Below, one piece after another: positions 9,595 through 17,659 of a stretch of 64,000 bases of DNA. The notes beneath the pieces were generated by a model that saw only the letters and a list, made by a program, of their open reading frames with translations, did not search any database and was not told the origin of the DNA. The DNA lies in contig DASTWL010000014.1 of the NCBI GenBank assembly GCA_035765895.1, positions 16,804-80,803 on the forward strand. Direction: 5' to 3'. The stretch comes from Verrucomicrobiia bacterium (GTDB taxonomy: Bacteria; Verrucomicrobiota; Verrucomicrobiia; Limisphaerales; DSYF01). Position numbers and translations under genes: made by a program. Position 1 is the first letter of the stretch; every line of letters starts with the position of its first letter.

Positions 9595-10350
9595 TCACAT
9601 TCCGCGTCCGGAACGACGACGCAAAACCGCCAGCAACCCCACGCCCGCCCCAACCAGCGCCAGCGATGACGGCTCCGGCACGGGACTGATGTCCACGGTC
9701 AGGTTGTCCAGGTTGATGTCAGCGCTGTTGCCGTTGCCGATTCTCAACCCGTCAAGCGCCAGGCCGGCCGGTCCGGTGCCGCTGGCAGAAAACCCGGAGG
9801 ATGAGAACGTCCAGGCGCCGGTGTCGTATTCGTAAGTCAGCGTCAGGTGATTGTTCAGCGTGCTGTCGGCACCAAAGTAGCGGCCAATGGAGCCGTCCGT
9901 GCCCCAGGCAGAAGCGCTGGGATCGCCCGCAAACATTGTTTCCGATCCCGGGTTGTTGGCGTCCACAAAACCCGCATACAGGCTGATTCCCGCCCAGCCA
10001 TTGTTGAGTGACGCACCATTGGACGGCGGAAGCGTGTCGAAAGAAAGCGTGAGCACCTCGCCGGCTCCCAAAGCGGCGGTGAAGCTGTTGAACAGCAGCC
10101 GCTGATCGCCGCTGGTGTCCAACGAATTGGCCGCGCTGACGGCCGCCGGGCCCGGATTGGCCCCGGCGCTTCCGCCCCAAAGCCCCCCGACGTCCGCGGC
10201 TTTGCCGATGATCAAGGTTCCCGGAGCTTCGCTAAAATCATCAGAAAACACAGTGCTTCCGCGGCACAGGGACGGGCAGGCTGCCAGCGCCAGGCCGGCA
10301 AACAAGGGAGTCAAAACGTGAATTGAGCGACGGAAGAGCGGTTGTTTCAT
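9595..10350 (-). CDS. PEP-CTERM sorting domain secreted protein
   Basis: Signal peptide MKQPLFRRSIHVLTPLFAGLALAA. C-terminus VPEPSSLALVGAGVGLLAVLRRRSGRGM has the PEP motif, a TM helix and a basic tail. The body has a degenerate version of the neighbouring jelly-roll motifs (GWAGISLYAGF.., LDGLRIGNGNSADINLDNLTV). Confidence 0.85.
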   Translation of the reverse strand: MKQPLFRRSIHVLTPLFAGLALAACPSLCRGSTVFSDDFSEAPGTLIIGKAADVGGLWGGSAGANPGPAAVSAANSLDTSGDQRLLFNSFTAALGAGEVLTLSFDTLPPSNGASLNNGWAGISLYAGFVDANNPGSETMFAGDPSASAWGTDGSIGRYFGADSTLNNHLTLTYEYDTGAWTFSSSGFSASGTGPAGLALDGLRIGNGNSADINLDNLTVDISPVPEPSSLALVGAGVGLLAVLRRRSGRGM

Positions 10351-10457
10351 GCGCAGGTTTTTTGTTTTAGGAATCCAAATGTCACCCCGGGTCGTTTTTG
10401 AGCGACCGGCTCAAGGGGATCGGCGGGAGAGGCTACAACTGCTGCGGGGCGCAACAA

Positions 10458-10475
10458 TACCCATAAACGGGTGTA
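10458..10475 (-). promoter_or_regulatory. Second candidate NarL/LuxR-type site, upstream of the PEP-CTERM gene
   Basis: The plus strand reads ACAATACCCATAAACGGGTGTA. It is identical to the 9445-9460 site at 15 of 16 positions (ACAATACCCAT[G/A]AACG). The right half is degenerate. It lies 108-125 nt upstream of the start at 10350. Confidence 0.4.
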
Positions 10476-10569
10476 TGCCAAACCAGTTGGAGTCGGCCGC
10501 AGGCGGGAACATCAAAACCCATCGCGCGGGGTTCAGCGCCATTGATGCCCGGTCACGCCGGCCCGTGTT

Positions 10570-11253
10570 TTACGGCACCACGAAAGGCGGGGGCTGCAGA
10601 TATTTCGCCGCCGCTTCACCCCGCGAATGGACGTGCAGCTTGGCGTATATGTGCTTCACGTTCATGCGGACGGTTTCGATGCTGAGCGATAGCTGATGCG
10701 CGATGTCCTTGTAAGTCGAGCCCTTGGCAAGCAGTTCCAGCACTTGTTGTTCCCGCGGAGACAGGGCGGCCACGCTGTCGTCCTTGGCGGCGCCGATCTG
10801 GTTGAAGTAAGCCACCACCTTGCGGGCAATGCTGCTCGACATGGGCGAGCCGCTGCCATGCACCTGCCGGATCGCCTCCAACAACTCCCCGGTGCTGGTG
10901 CGTTTCAACAGGTAACCACTGGCGCCGGCCAGCAGCGAATTGAAAATTTTCTCGCTCTCCTCATAGACCGTCAGCATGAGACACCGCACTTCCGGCCAGA
11001 GCGTTTTGAGCCGTTTGACGCACTCCACACCGTCCATGCCCGGCAGGTTGATGTCCATCAGCACCACGTCGGGCGCATCATTGGGGATGCCCCGCAGGGC
11101 TGCCTCCGCTGTTCGATACGCATTGACGCAGTTCAAGTCCGGATCGCTGTTGATTTCCCGGGCCAGATTTTCCCGCAACCAGGCCTGGTCCTCGACGATC
11201 ACCACCTTGATCCGGGCGGTGGCGGAACGGTTTTTGTCACCGGTAGTTTTCAT
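10570..11253 (-). CDS. Two-component response regulator, NarL/FixJ (LuxR HTH) family
   Basis: REC motifs VVIVEDQ and DVVLMDINLPGMDG. LuxR-type HTH LSPREQQVLELLAKGSTYKDIAHQLSLSIETVRMNVKHIYAKL. The start overlaps the kinase stop by 4 nt. Confidence 0.95.
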   Translation of the reverse strand: MKTTGDKNRSATARIKVVIVEDQAWLRENLAREINSDPDLNCVNAYRTAEAALRGIPNDAPDVVLMDINLPGMDGVECVKRLKTLWPEVRCLMLTVYEESEKIFNSLLAGASGYLLKRTSTGELLEAIRQVHGSGSPMSSSIARKVVAYFNQIGAAKDDSVAALSPREQQVLELLAKGSTYKDIAHQLSLSIETVRMNVKHIYAKLHVHSRGEAAAKYLQPPPFVVP

Positions 11254-12653
11254 GATGCGGTTTTCCCCCGGCGGATCGGAAAATAAAATCTCACGTCGGT
11301 GCCCGCTCCCGGCCGGGTGGCAAATTCCACCCCACCGCCGATGGCGCTCATTCGTCGCTGCATGTTTTCCAGGCCATTTCCCACGCCGGTGGCTTGATCG
11401 AGCCGGAAGCCTGTGCCGTTGTCCGCCACCCGGATGGAAATTTGATTTTCTCCCACCTGCAAAGCGAGCTGGATTTCCGTGCAGGCCGCATGCTTGACGG
11501 CGTTGTTCAAGGCTTCCTTGACCACCATGAACAGGGCGTGCCGGACCTCGGCCGTCACCGGCAGGTCAGGCAGGGCCAGCGGCACCTGCAACTGGCAGGC
11601 GATGGTGGTTGAACCCAGCAGATCCTTCATGAAATACACGAGGTAGTCGGCCATTTCCTTCAACGTGTCGTTCCGGGGATTGATCGCCCAGACGATTTCG
11701 TCCATGGCCCGGATGGTGTCGCGGGCCGTTGCTGCAATGGTCTGGCGCGTCTCGGCGTTCGCCTCCCTGACCTGCTCATGCAGCTCCATCAAATCGCTGA
11801 GCTTGCTGATTTTTGTGAGGCTTACCCCCACTTCATCGTGAATGTCCTGGGCGATGCGGGTCCGCTCCGTCGCGACCGCCCGCTCCTTTTCAAGCTGCTG
11901 GATTTGGACCTGGGCACGCCGCCGTTCCAACAGCTGCACCGCCCCCGCCACCGCCGCCAGCAACATCGCCACGCAGATCGCCACGAACCACCATGCCTGC
12001 CAGAAATGCCGCAACAGCACGTCTTCAAATGACGTTCCCACCACCATCTCGCTGAACTTCCAGCCCCCACCGTAGCCCCGATGGATCAGGCGGAATTCGT
12101 CGAAGGTGGCGTCGGTCTCAAAATGAACCACGATGTTCCTGGGCTGGTTGAATTCGGTCGCCCCGGTGGAAAGATCCGGGTTCAGCCAGACCGTGACGCG
12201 CGCGTCCCGACCGGGCTCGTAATCAATTTTAAAAACGATATACCGCGGCGTGCCGGCCCGCATATACTCGTAGGCAAACGGCGGATCGGGAGACGCCGAG
12301 TTGAAATCCTGGAAGCCCTTCGGTGCCTTGGGCACATGCAGGGCCGAGTAAGCCATGGCCCCTCCGGCATTGCCGATGCCCAAGTGCTCCTGCCGTTTTG
12401 CCACCAGCATGAATCCGGCCTCGAATTGATTGATCACCTTCGCGGCCGTGTCGGAAATCGGATCGACCTTGATACGAAAATAAAGCGTGCCAGACGAATT
12501 GGTGGTCTGTGGCGGAATTGCCCCGTGAAGAATGTCCTCCCCGTCGCCGTTGTTGCAAACCAGGACCGCTCCAGGATGGCTCCACAAAATCGCGCCCCGT
12601 GCGGGAAACGCAACGGCCAGAAACGCGACGGCCAACATGACCGCCGCGCTCAT
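11250..12653 (-). CDS. Sensor histidine kinase (HisKA_3/NarX-LiaS type) with a periplasmic TLY..WLNPD jelly-roll-like sensor domain
   Basis: H-box RIAQDIHDEVGVSL. HATPase motifs EALNNAVKHA, DNGTGF and GNGLENM. Signal/TM1 MSAAVMLAVAFLAVAFPARG from the ATG at 12653, and TM2 WWFVAICVAMLLAAVAGAV. The sensor domain spans about 12018-12593. Confidence 0.9.
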   Translation of the reverse strand: MSAAVMLAVAFLAVAFPARGAILWSHPGAVLVCNNGDGEDILHGAIPPQTTNSSGTLYFRIKVDPISDTAAKVINQFEAGFMLVAKRQEHLGIGNAGGAMAYSALHVPKAPKGFQDFNSASPDPPFAYEYMRAGTPRYIVFKIDYEPGRDARVTVWLNPDLSTGATEFNQPRNIVVHFETDATFDEFRLIHRGYGGGWKFSEMVVGTSFEDVLLRHFWQAWWFVAICVAMLLAAVAGAVQLLERRRAQVQIQQLEKERAVATERTRIAQDIHDEVGVSLTKISKLSDLMELHEQVREANAETRQTIAATARDTIRAMDEIVWAINPRNDTLKEMADYLVYFMKDLLGSTTIACQLQVPLALPDLPVTAEVRHALFMVVKEALNNAVKHAACTEIQLALQVGENQISIRVADNGTGFRLDQATGVGNGLENMQRRMSAIGGGVEFATRPGAGTDVRFYFPIRRGKTAS

Positions 12654-12824
12654 CCGCCTGACCTCGTGATTGCCTTGGAGTGTCCTGCGCGCCCGGCCCG
12701 CTTCGCCACACCACGCTTCCATGTGCCGGTGTCCTTGAAGCGTGAGGGTTTTGTGGGAGGTCTTCACCGTTGATGCCGTTGCCCGGATTCATGGGGAACA
12801 GCCTGGCCCGGGCTTCAAAGGCGG

Positions 12825-13829
12825 CTACTTCACCAACACTTCGGCAATCTGCACGGCGTTCAAGGCGGCGCCCTTGAGCAACTGGTCGCCGCAGACCCAG
12901 AAGGCCAGGCCGTTCTCCATGGCGCAGTCCCGGCGGATGCGCCCGACCTCGCAATGGTATTTCTCGGACGTGAACAGGGGCATCGGATACTTTTTGTTCT
13001 CCGGCTCGTCCACCAGATCCAGACCGGGCGCCTGTTTGAGGACGTCGCGCGCCGCGGCCACGGTGACGGGCTGCTCGAACTCGGCACTTACGGCCACGGA
13101 ATGCGAGCGATACACGGGCACCCGCACGCAGGTCACACTGGCCCGGAAGGAAGGATGATGCATGATCTTGCGTCCCTCGTTTTCCATCTTCATTTCCTCC
13201 TTGGTGTAACCCGAAGGCAGGAAGGCATCGACCTGCGGCAGCACGTTGAACGCGATCTGATGCGGGTAAACCTCCTTGGTTACCGGCTGCTGGTTGACAA
13301 TCTGGCCAACCTGCCGTTCCAGTTCCTCGAGCGCCTTGGCGCCCGTGCCGGACACGGCCTGATAACTGGAGGCAAAAATGCGCTTCACGCCAAAGGCCTT
13401 GTGCAACGGATACAACGCCATCAGGGTGATGGCCGTGGTGCAGTTGGGGTTCGCAATGATGCCCTTGTGCCACCGGCAGTCCTCCGCGTTGATTTCCGGA
13501 ATCACCAGCGGGACGTTGTCGTCCTGCCGGAAGGCGCTCGAGTTGTCCACCACCACGCAGCCGGCCTTGGCCGCGATGGGCGCGAACTCCTTGGAAATGC
13601 TGCCACCCGCACTGAAGAGCGCGAGGTCGATGCCCGCAAACGAATCCTGGGTCAATTCCTGCACTGTGATGTCCGTGCCCTTGAATTTCAGCTTCTTGCC
13701 GGCCGACCGGGCCGAAGCCAGCAGCGTCAGCTTCCCGACCGGAAACTGACGCTTTTCCAAGGTTTTGATCATTTCAATGCCAACGGCGCCCGTCGCGCCG
13801 ACCACGGCCACATGCGGATTGCGATTCAT
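12825..13829 (-). CDS. asd: Aspartate-semialdehyde dehydrogenase
   Basis: VAVVGATGAVG Rossmann motif and the active-site region IIANPNCTTAITLMALYPL. 334 aa from the ATG at 13829 (MNRNPHVAVVG). Confidence 0.95.
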   Translation of the reverse strand: MNRNPHVAVVGATGAVGIEMIKTLEKRQFPVGKLTLLASARSAGKKLKFKGTDITVQELTQDSFAGIDLALFSAGGSISKEFAPIAAKAGCVVVDNSSAFRQDDNVPLVIPEINAEDCRWHKGIIANPNCTTAITLMALYPLHKAFGVKRIFASSYQAVSGTGAKALEELERQVGQIVNQQPVTKEVYPHQIAFNVLPQVDAFLPSGYTKEEMKMENEGRKIMHHPSFRASVTCVRVPVYRSHSVAVSAEFEQPVTVAAARDVLKQAPGLDLVDEPENKKYPMPLFTSEKYHCEVGRIRRDCAMENGLAFWVCGDQLLKGAALNAVQIAEVLVK

Positions 13830-13968
13830 AAAGCGGCGGGAGGATACCCGCGAAGCGCAGCGTGTCAACGTGAGGCGGCCGGTATTGCCCTTGAAATCGG
13901 CCGGAGCGAAACTACTCTGTCTCCGAAGCAAGTGGCCGTCATTTGCTTGGAATTTGGGATCCAACACC

Positions 13969-14709
13969 ATGCCCATCAGCCGAGGCCGCCGCACTTGGAC
14001 GTCGTTTGACGAGATGCGCGAGGCCGCCGAAAAAGGCGACCCGCAGGCACAATGCTACCTGGGAGTCTGCTACCAGACCGGCCAGAGCGTCGCGCCGGAT
14101 CCCGTCGAGGCCGTGCGCTGGTATCGCAAGGCGGCCGACCAGAACGATCCCGTGGCCCAATGTTACCTCGGCTTCTGCTATCAGTCCGGCATTGGCGTGC
14201 CGCAGGAATTTGGCGAAGCCGCCAAATGGTATCGCGAAGCGGCCGAACAAGGTGACCCCGCCGCCCAATACAACCTCGGCGTCCTCTACGAAACCGGCCA
14301 GGGCGTCCCGCAGAATTTTGCGGAGGCCTTCAAATGGTTCCAAGCCGCCGCGGAACAAGGCGAACCGCAGGCCCAGTTCAATCTCGGCGTTTACCACGAA
14401 ACCGGCCAGATCGTCCCACAGGACTTCGCGGAAGCGGTCCGCTGGTATCGGCTGTCCGCCGAACAGGAATGCGCCCCCGCCCAGTGCAATCTCGGCCTGT
14501 GTTATCAGACCGGCCGCGGCGTGGAGCCCGACAATCGCCAGGCCGTCCGCTGGTTCATTCGCGCCGCCAAACAGGGGGACAAAACCGCCCAGCATAATCT
14601 CGGCGTGCACTACGCCATGCTGGAAATTGAAGCCGAAGAAAAGGCGCTGGCGGATGCCGAGGCCGGGACGGAAGGAGAAGCCGAACCCACCGCCGAAGAG
14701 GAGGCATAA
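13969..14709 (+). CDS. Sel1-like (SLR/TPR-like) repeat protein
   Basis: At least 7 consecutive repeats of about 36 aa of the form AQxxLGxxYxxGxGVxxDxxEAxxWYRxAAEQG. The start was chosen at the ATG at 13969, away from the divergent asd. Confidence 0.9.
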   Translation: MPISRGRRTWTSFDEMREAAEKGDPQAQCYLGVCYQTGQSVAPDPVEAVRWYRKAADQNDPVAQCYLGFCYQSGIGVPQEFGEAAKWYREAAEQGDPAAQYNLGVLYETGQGVPQNFAEAFKWFQAAAEQGEPQAQFNLGVYHETGQIVPQDFAEAVRWYRLSAEQECAPAQCNLGLCYQTGRGVEPDNRQAVRWFIRAAKQGDKTAQHNLGVHYAMLEIEAEEKALADAEAGTEGEAEPTAEEEA

Positions 14710-14718
14710 GCCCGCCGT

Positions 14719-15456
14719 TCACCCGCCCGCCGGCTTTCCGCTCGCCGCCTTTCGCCGGACCTGACGCAGCCGCGCTTTGACGCGCAATTTGACCCGGCGT
14801 CCGAGTGCCTCCACGCGGTTGTGCGCCACGTCCCGCAGCAGCGTGTAGCGGGTGTGCGGCAAGCCGCTGTTCGCAATGTCCTCGGGTGCCGTGTTCTTCA
14901 CGTCCACCCCGGGCACCAAATCCATGCCTGCCCGGCGAAAAATGTGCCGCACGAATGCCGAACAAAAAATGGACCGTTCGCGCGCCAGCAGATTCGCCTC
15001 CGCCCGCAAGGGTGCATGGCGCAGGGCAATCAAGGTGCCGAACAGTTCACGGATGGAGTAGCGCTCGTGATTGGCCACGAGTTCCAGCCCCTCACAAACG
15101 AGCGTCTTCACCTGTTCCGCCGACAGGCCGAAGTCCAGAACGGCCAGCGAGGAATAAAGTCCCTCATCGTGGTATTTCGTGACGCGATTTTCCTGCACGC
15201 CGAGTTGAATGTGTTTGCGATGGATTTGGATGTCCGATTCCACCACCCAGTGATGGCCGTCCACCCGCACCCCTTCAAATACAAAGGCGTGCGACCAAAC
15301 GCCCCATTGACGCCGGTCATGCAGGTGTCGTTGCGCGCGACAGATGGCCTGATCCACGAGGGTGGTTCCGCCCGCCAGCCCGATCCGGCCCGGCGCGGCG
15401 TAACGTTCAAGAAACTCGCGATTGGAAAGCCCGTTGACGGGGATGATTTCACCCAT
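14719..15456 (-). CDS. Hypothetical protein (possible permuted papain-like fold: His before Cys)
   Basis: Clean ORF of about 245 aa from the ATG at 15456 (MGEIIPVNG). WSHAFVFEG..HHWVVESD precedes IFCSAFVRHIFRRAG. No family was confidently recognised. Confidence 0.45.
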   Translation of the reverse strand: MGEIIPVNGLSNREFLERYAAPGRIGLAGGTTLVDQAICRAQRHLHDRRQWGVWSHAFVFEGVRVDGHHWVVESDIQIHRKHIQLGVQENRVTKYHDEGLYSSLAVLDFGLSAEQVKTLVCEGLELVANHERYSIRELFGTLIALRHAPLRAEANLLARERSIFCSAFVRHIFRRAGMDLVPGVDVKNTAPEDIANSGLPHTRYTLLRDVAHNRVEALGRRVKLRVKARLRQVRRKAASGKPAGG

Positions 15457-15713
15457 ACGTATGTGGAGAAGAATTTCCGGGCCAGTGCGTGCCCGGCCAC
15501 GCCGCACATGGAGGCATGAACCGGTCCCCCGCGCAACCCCGAATCGCCCTCCCAAAAACTAGGGATTGAATCAGGCGCGACCGACGTTAGATTGCCCGGA
15601 AGCCGGGCGGCCCGGCTGGTGAATCCCACCCTGGAAGTTTCAGCGGATGGCGTGACGCGTGATTGGAATAGAAATGGCCGTTGAAGTGAACCCAAACCAG
15701 ACCGGACCGACGC

Positions 15714-17042
15714 ATGAGATCAGCCCTGATCGTCGATGACGACGCGGATTACCGCGCGCTGGTGGCCGACCAGTTGCGAACCGGCGGCTGGGCTTTTTGG
15801 GAGGCGGACAACGGCGAGCGCGCCATGGAGCTGATCCGCGAACACCGGCCGGCGGTCGTGGTCTGTGACCTGTTGATGCCGCGCGGCAACGGGTTCCAAG
15901 TCTGCCAGAATTTGCGGTCCGATCCCCAATTGCGCGGCACGCGCATTGTCATCACCACGGGCCGCTCGTTTCCCAGCGACCGGCAGGCCGCCCTGGAAGC
16001 AGGAGCCGACGCTTATTTTGTGAAACCGTTCGATGTGCCCACGCTGGTGCACATGTTGCAGGAGCTTGTTGAGAGCCCGACCACCACGCCTCCGCCGCCG
16101 GCCGCCGGTGCTGCAGACGAACGCGTCTGGTTGAAATTCTGGGGCGTGCGCGGTTCGATTGCCACGCCCGGTCCGGCCACGGTTGGTTACGGTGGCAACA
16201 CGGCATGCGTCGAACTGCGCGCCCACGGTCAGATCATCATCCTGGACGCAGGCACGGGCTTGCGCGCGCTGGGCCGTGAACTGACGCGCGAATTCAAGGA
16301 ACAGCCCCTGCAGTTAGACATCCTGCTCACCCACACGCATTGGGACCACATCCAGGGGCTGCCGTTCTTTCAACCTCTTTACCGGTCCAACAACCGCATC
16401 CGCATCTTCGGCTACGAAGGGGCGCGCAACGGGCTGTTCAAAGTCCTCTCCAGCCAGATGGAAAGCCCCTACTTCCCCGTGGGTTTCGAGGAACTGCCCA
16501 GCAACGTCGAGATTGATGAATTGCGGGACATGGATTTCCCGGTGGGCAACGTTCGCGTGCAGGCATTCTTCGCCAACCACCCGGGCATTTGTGTGGGCTA
16601 CCGGCTGACGACCCAGGCCGGCTCCGTGGCTTTTTTCCCGGACAACGAACCGCCCAACCGGCTCCATCACCGGCCCGAGGGAAGTCCGCCGGCCGTCAAC
16701 ACCCGCTTTGCGCAGAGCGAATCGCGCAAGCTGGTCGAGTTCCTGCGGGACACGGATGTGTTGATTTTGGATGCCCAATACGATGCGGAAGAATACGAAC
16801 GGCACAAGGGCTGGGGCCACGGCTGTGTGAACGACGTCGTTGAACTCGCCATCGCGGCCCACGCCAAACGGCTTTACCTCTTTCACCACGATCCGGACCA
16901 CGACGACGCGAAGATTGGTTCCATGGTGGAACAGGCCCGGCAACTGGCCGCACAGCGGCATTCGACCATCGAGATTGAGGCCGCCCGCGAAGGGATGGTG
17001 GTTCAACTGAACACCCCGAAGCCGGCCGGCGGCGAAACGTGA
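15714..17042 (+). CDS. Response-regulator receiver domain fused to an MBL-fold metallo-hydrolase
   Basis: REC motifs LIVDDD, VVVCDLLMPRGNGF and YFVKP. A Pro-rich linker follows. MBL motif LLTHTHWDHIQGLPFF plus a later HHDPDHDD. Confidence 0.85.
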   Translation: MRSALIVDDDADYRALVADQLRTGGWAFWEADNGERAMELIREHRPAVVVCDLLMPRGNGFQVCQNLRSDPQLRGTRIVITTGRSFPSDRQAALEAGADAYFVKPFDVPTLVHMLQELVESPTTTPPPPAAGAADERVWLKFWGVRGSIATPGPATVGYGGNTACVELRAHGQIIILDAGTGLRALGRELTREFKEQPLQLDILLTHTHWDHIQGLPFFQPLYRSNNRIRIFGYEGARNGLFKVLSSQMESPYFPVGFEELPSNVEIDELRDMDFPVGNVRVQAFFANHPGICVGYRLTTQAGSVAFFPDNEPPNRLHHRPEGSPPAVNTRFAQSESRKLVEFLRDTDVLILDAQYDAEEYERHKGWGHGCVNDVVELAIAAHAKRLYLFHHDPDHDDAKIGSMVEQARQLAAQRHSTIEIEAAREGMVVQLNTPKPAGGET

Positions 17043-17060
17043 GCCAGCCGCGCGGCGCGC

Positions 17061-17447
17061 TCAGCCCTTCCAATCCAGCGCCCGTTTCTTCAGGGCATAG
17101 ACGTAACCCACGACGAGAATTCCCAGGAAGGAAAGCATGGCGCCCAAAATCAGGCCCGCCTGGTGACGTAACATGTCCTTGTAAACCACCGCCCACGGAT
17201 AGAGAAAGACCACTTCGATGTCGAAGAGGATGAACAGCATCGCCACCAGGTAGAACTTTACCGAAAGACGCGTGCTGCCCTCGCCAATGGGGAGCATGCC
17301 GCACTCGTAAGCCGTATCCTTGATCTTGGACCGTTTCGCGGACCGGCCAAGCATCACTGAGCCCACGAGCATGCCGCCGGTGAACAGGACCGCCAAGCAG
17401 CCGAGCATCAGGACCGGCAAATACTGCTGAAGTTGCGTCGTCTCCAC
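17061..17447 (-). CDS. nuoA: NADH-quinone oxidoreductase subunit A (solitary copy)
   Basis: YECGMLPIGEGSTRLSVKFYLVAMLFILFDIEVVFLYPWAV matches the NuoA/NdhC core. 128 aa if the GTG at 17447 is the start (start uncertain). No other nuo genes flank it. Confidence 0.8.
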   Translation of the reverse strand: METTQLQQYLPVLMLGCLAVLFTGGMLVGSVMLGRSAKRSKIKDTAYECGMLPIGEGSTRLSVKFYLVAMLFILFDIEVVFLYPWAVVYKDMLRHQAGLILGAMLSFLGILVVGYVYALKKRALDWKG

Positions 17448-17659
17448 GCACCGGATTGTAGGCGTCGGGCCATCCAGTTCAAGGCGTTTCCCCAATGCGC
17501 CAGGCAACGAACATCCTCTGGCATCTGCATCTGGAACGTGAGTTGAACAGAAGGCTTGGCCGACACCATGACTTCGACTGATTTCGGAGAAATCCGGAAT
17601 TTCCGTGTTTTCCCTGCCAACGTTTCCCGCTACATCACCCCGGCGCACCCTGCGCCATC

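Noticed and set aside
13765-13968. N-terminal 68 codons of the Sel1 ORF and N-terminal 55 codons of the asd ORF (13830-13994)
   Set aside because: The two extended ORFs would overlap head to head. Both proteins have canonical N-termini at internal ATGs (13969 and 13829).
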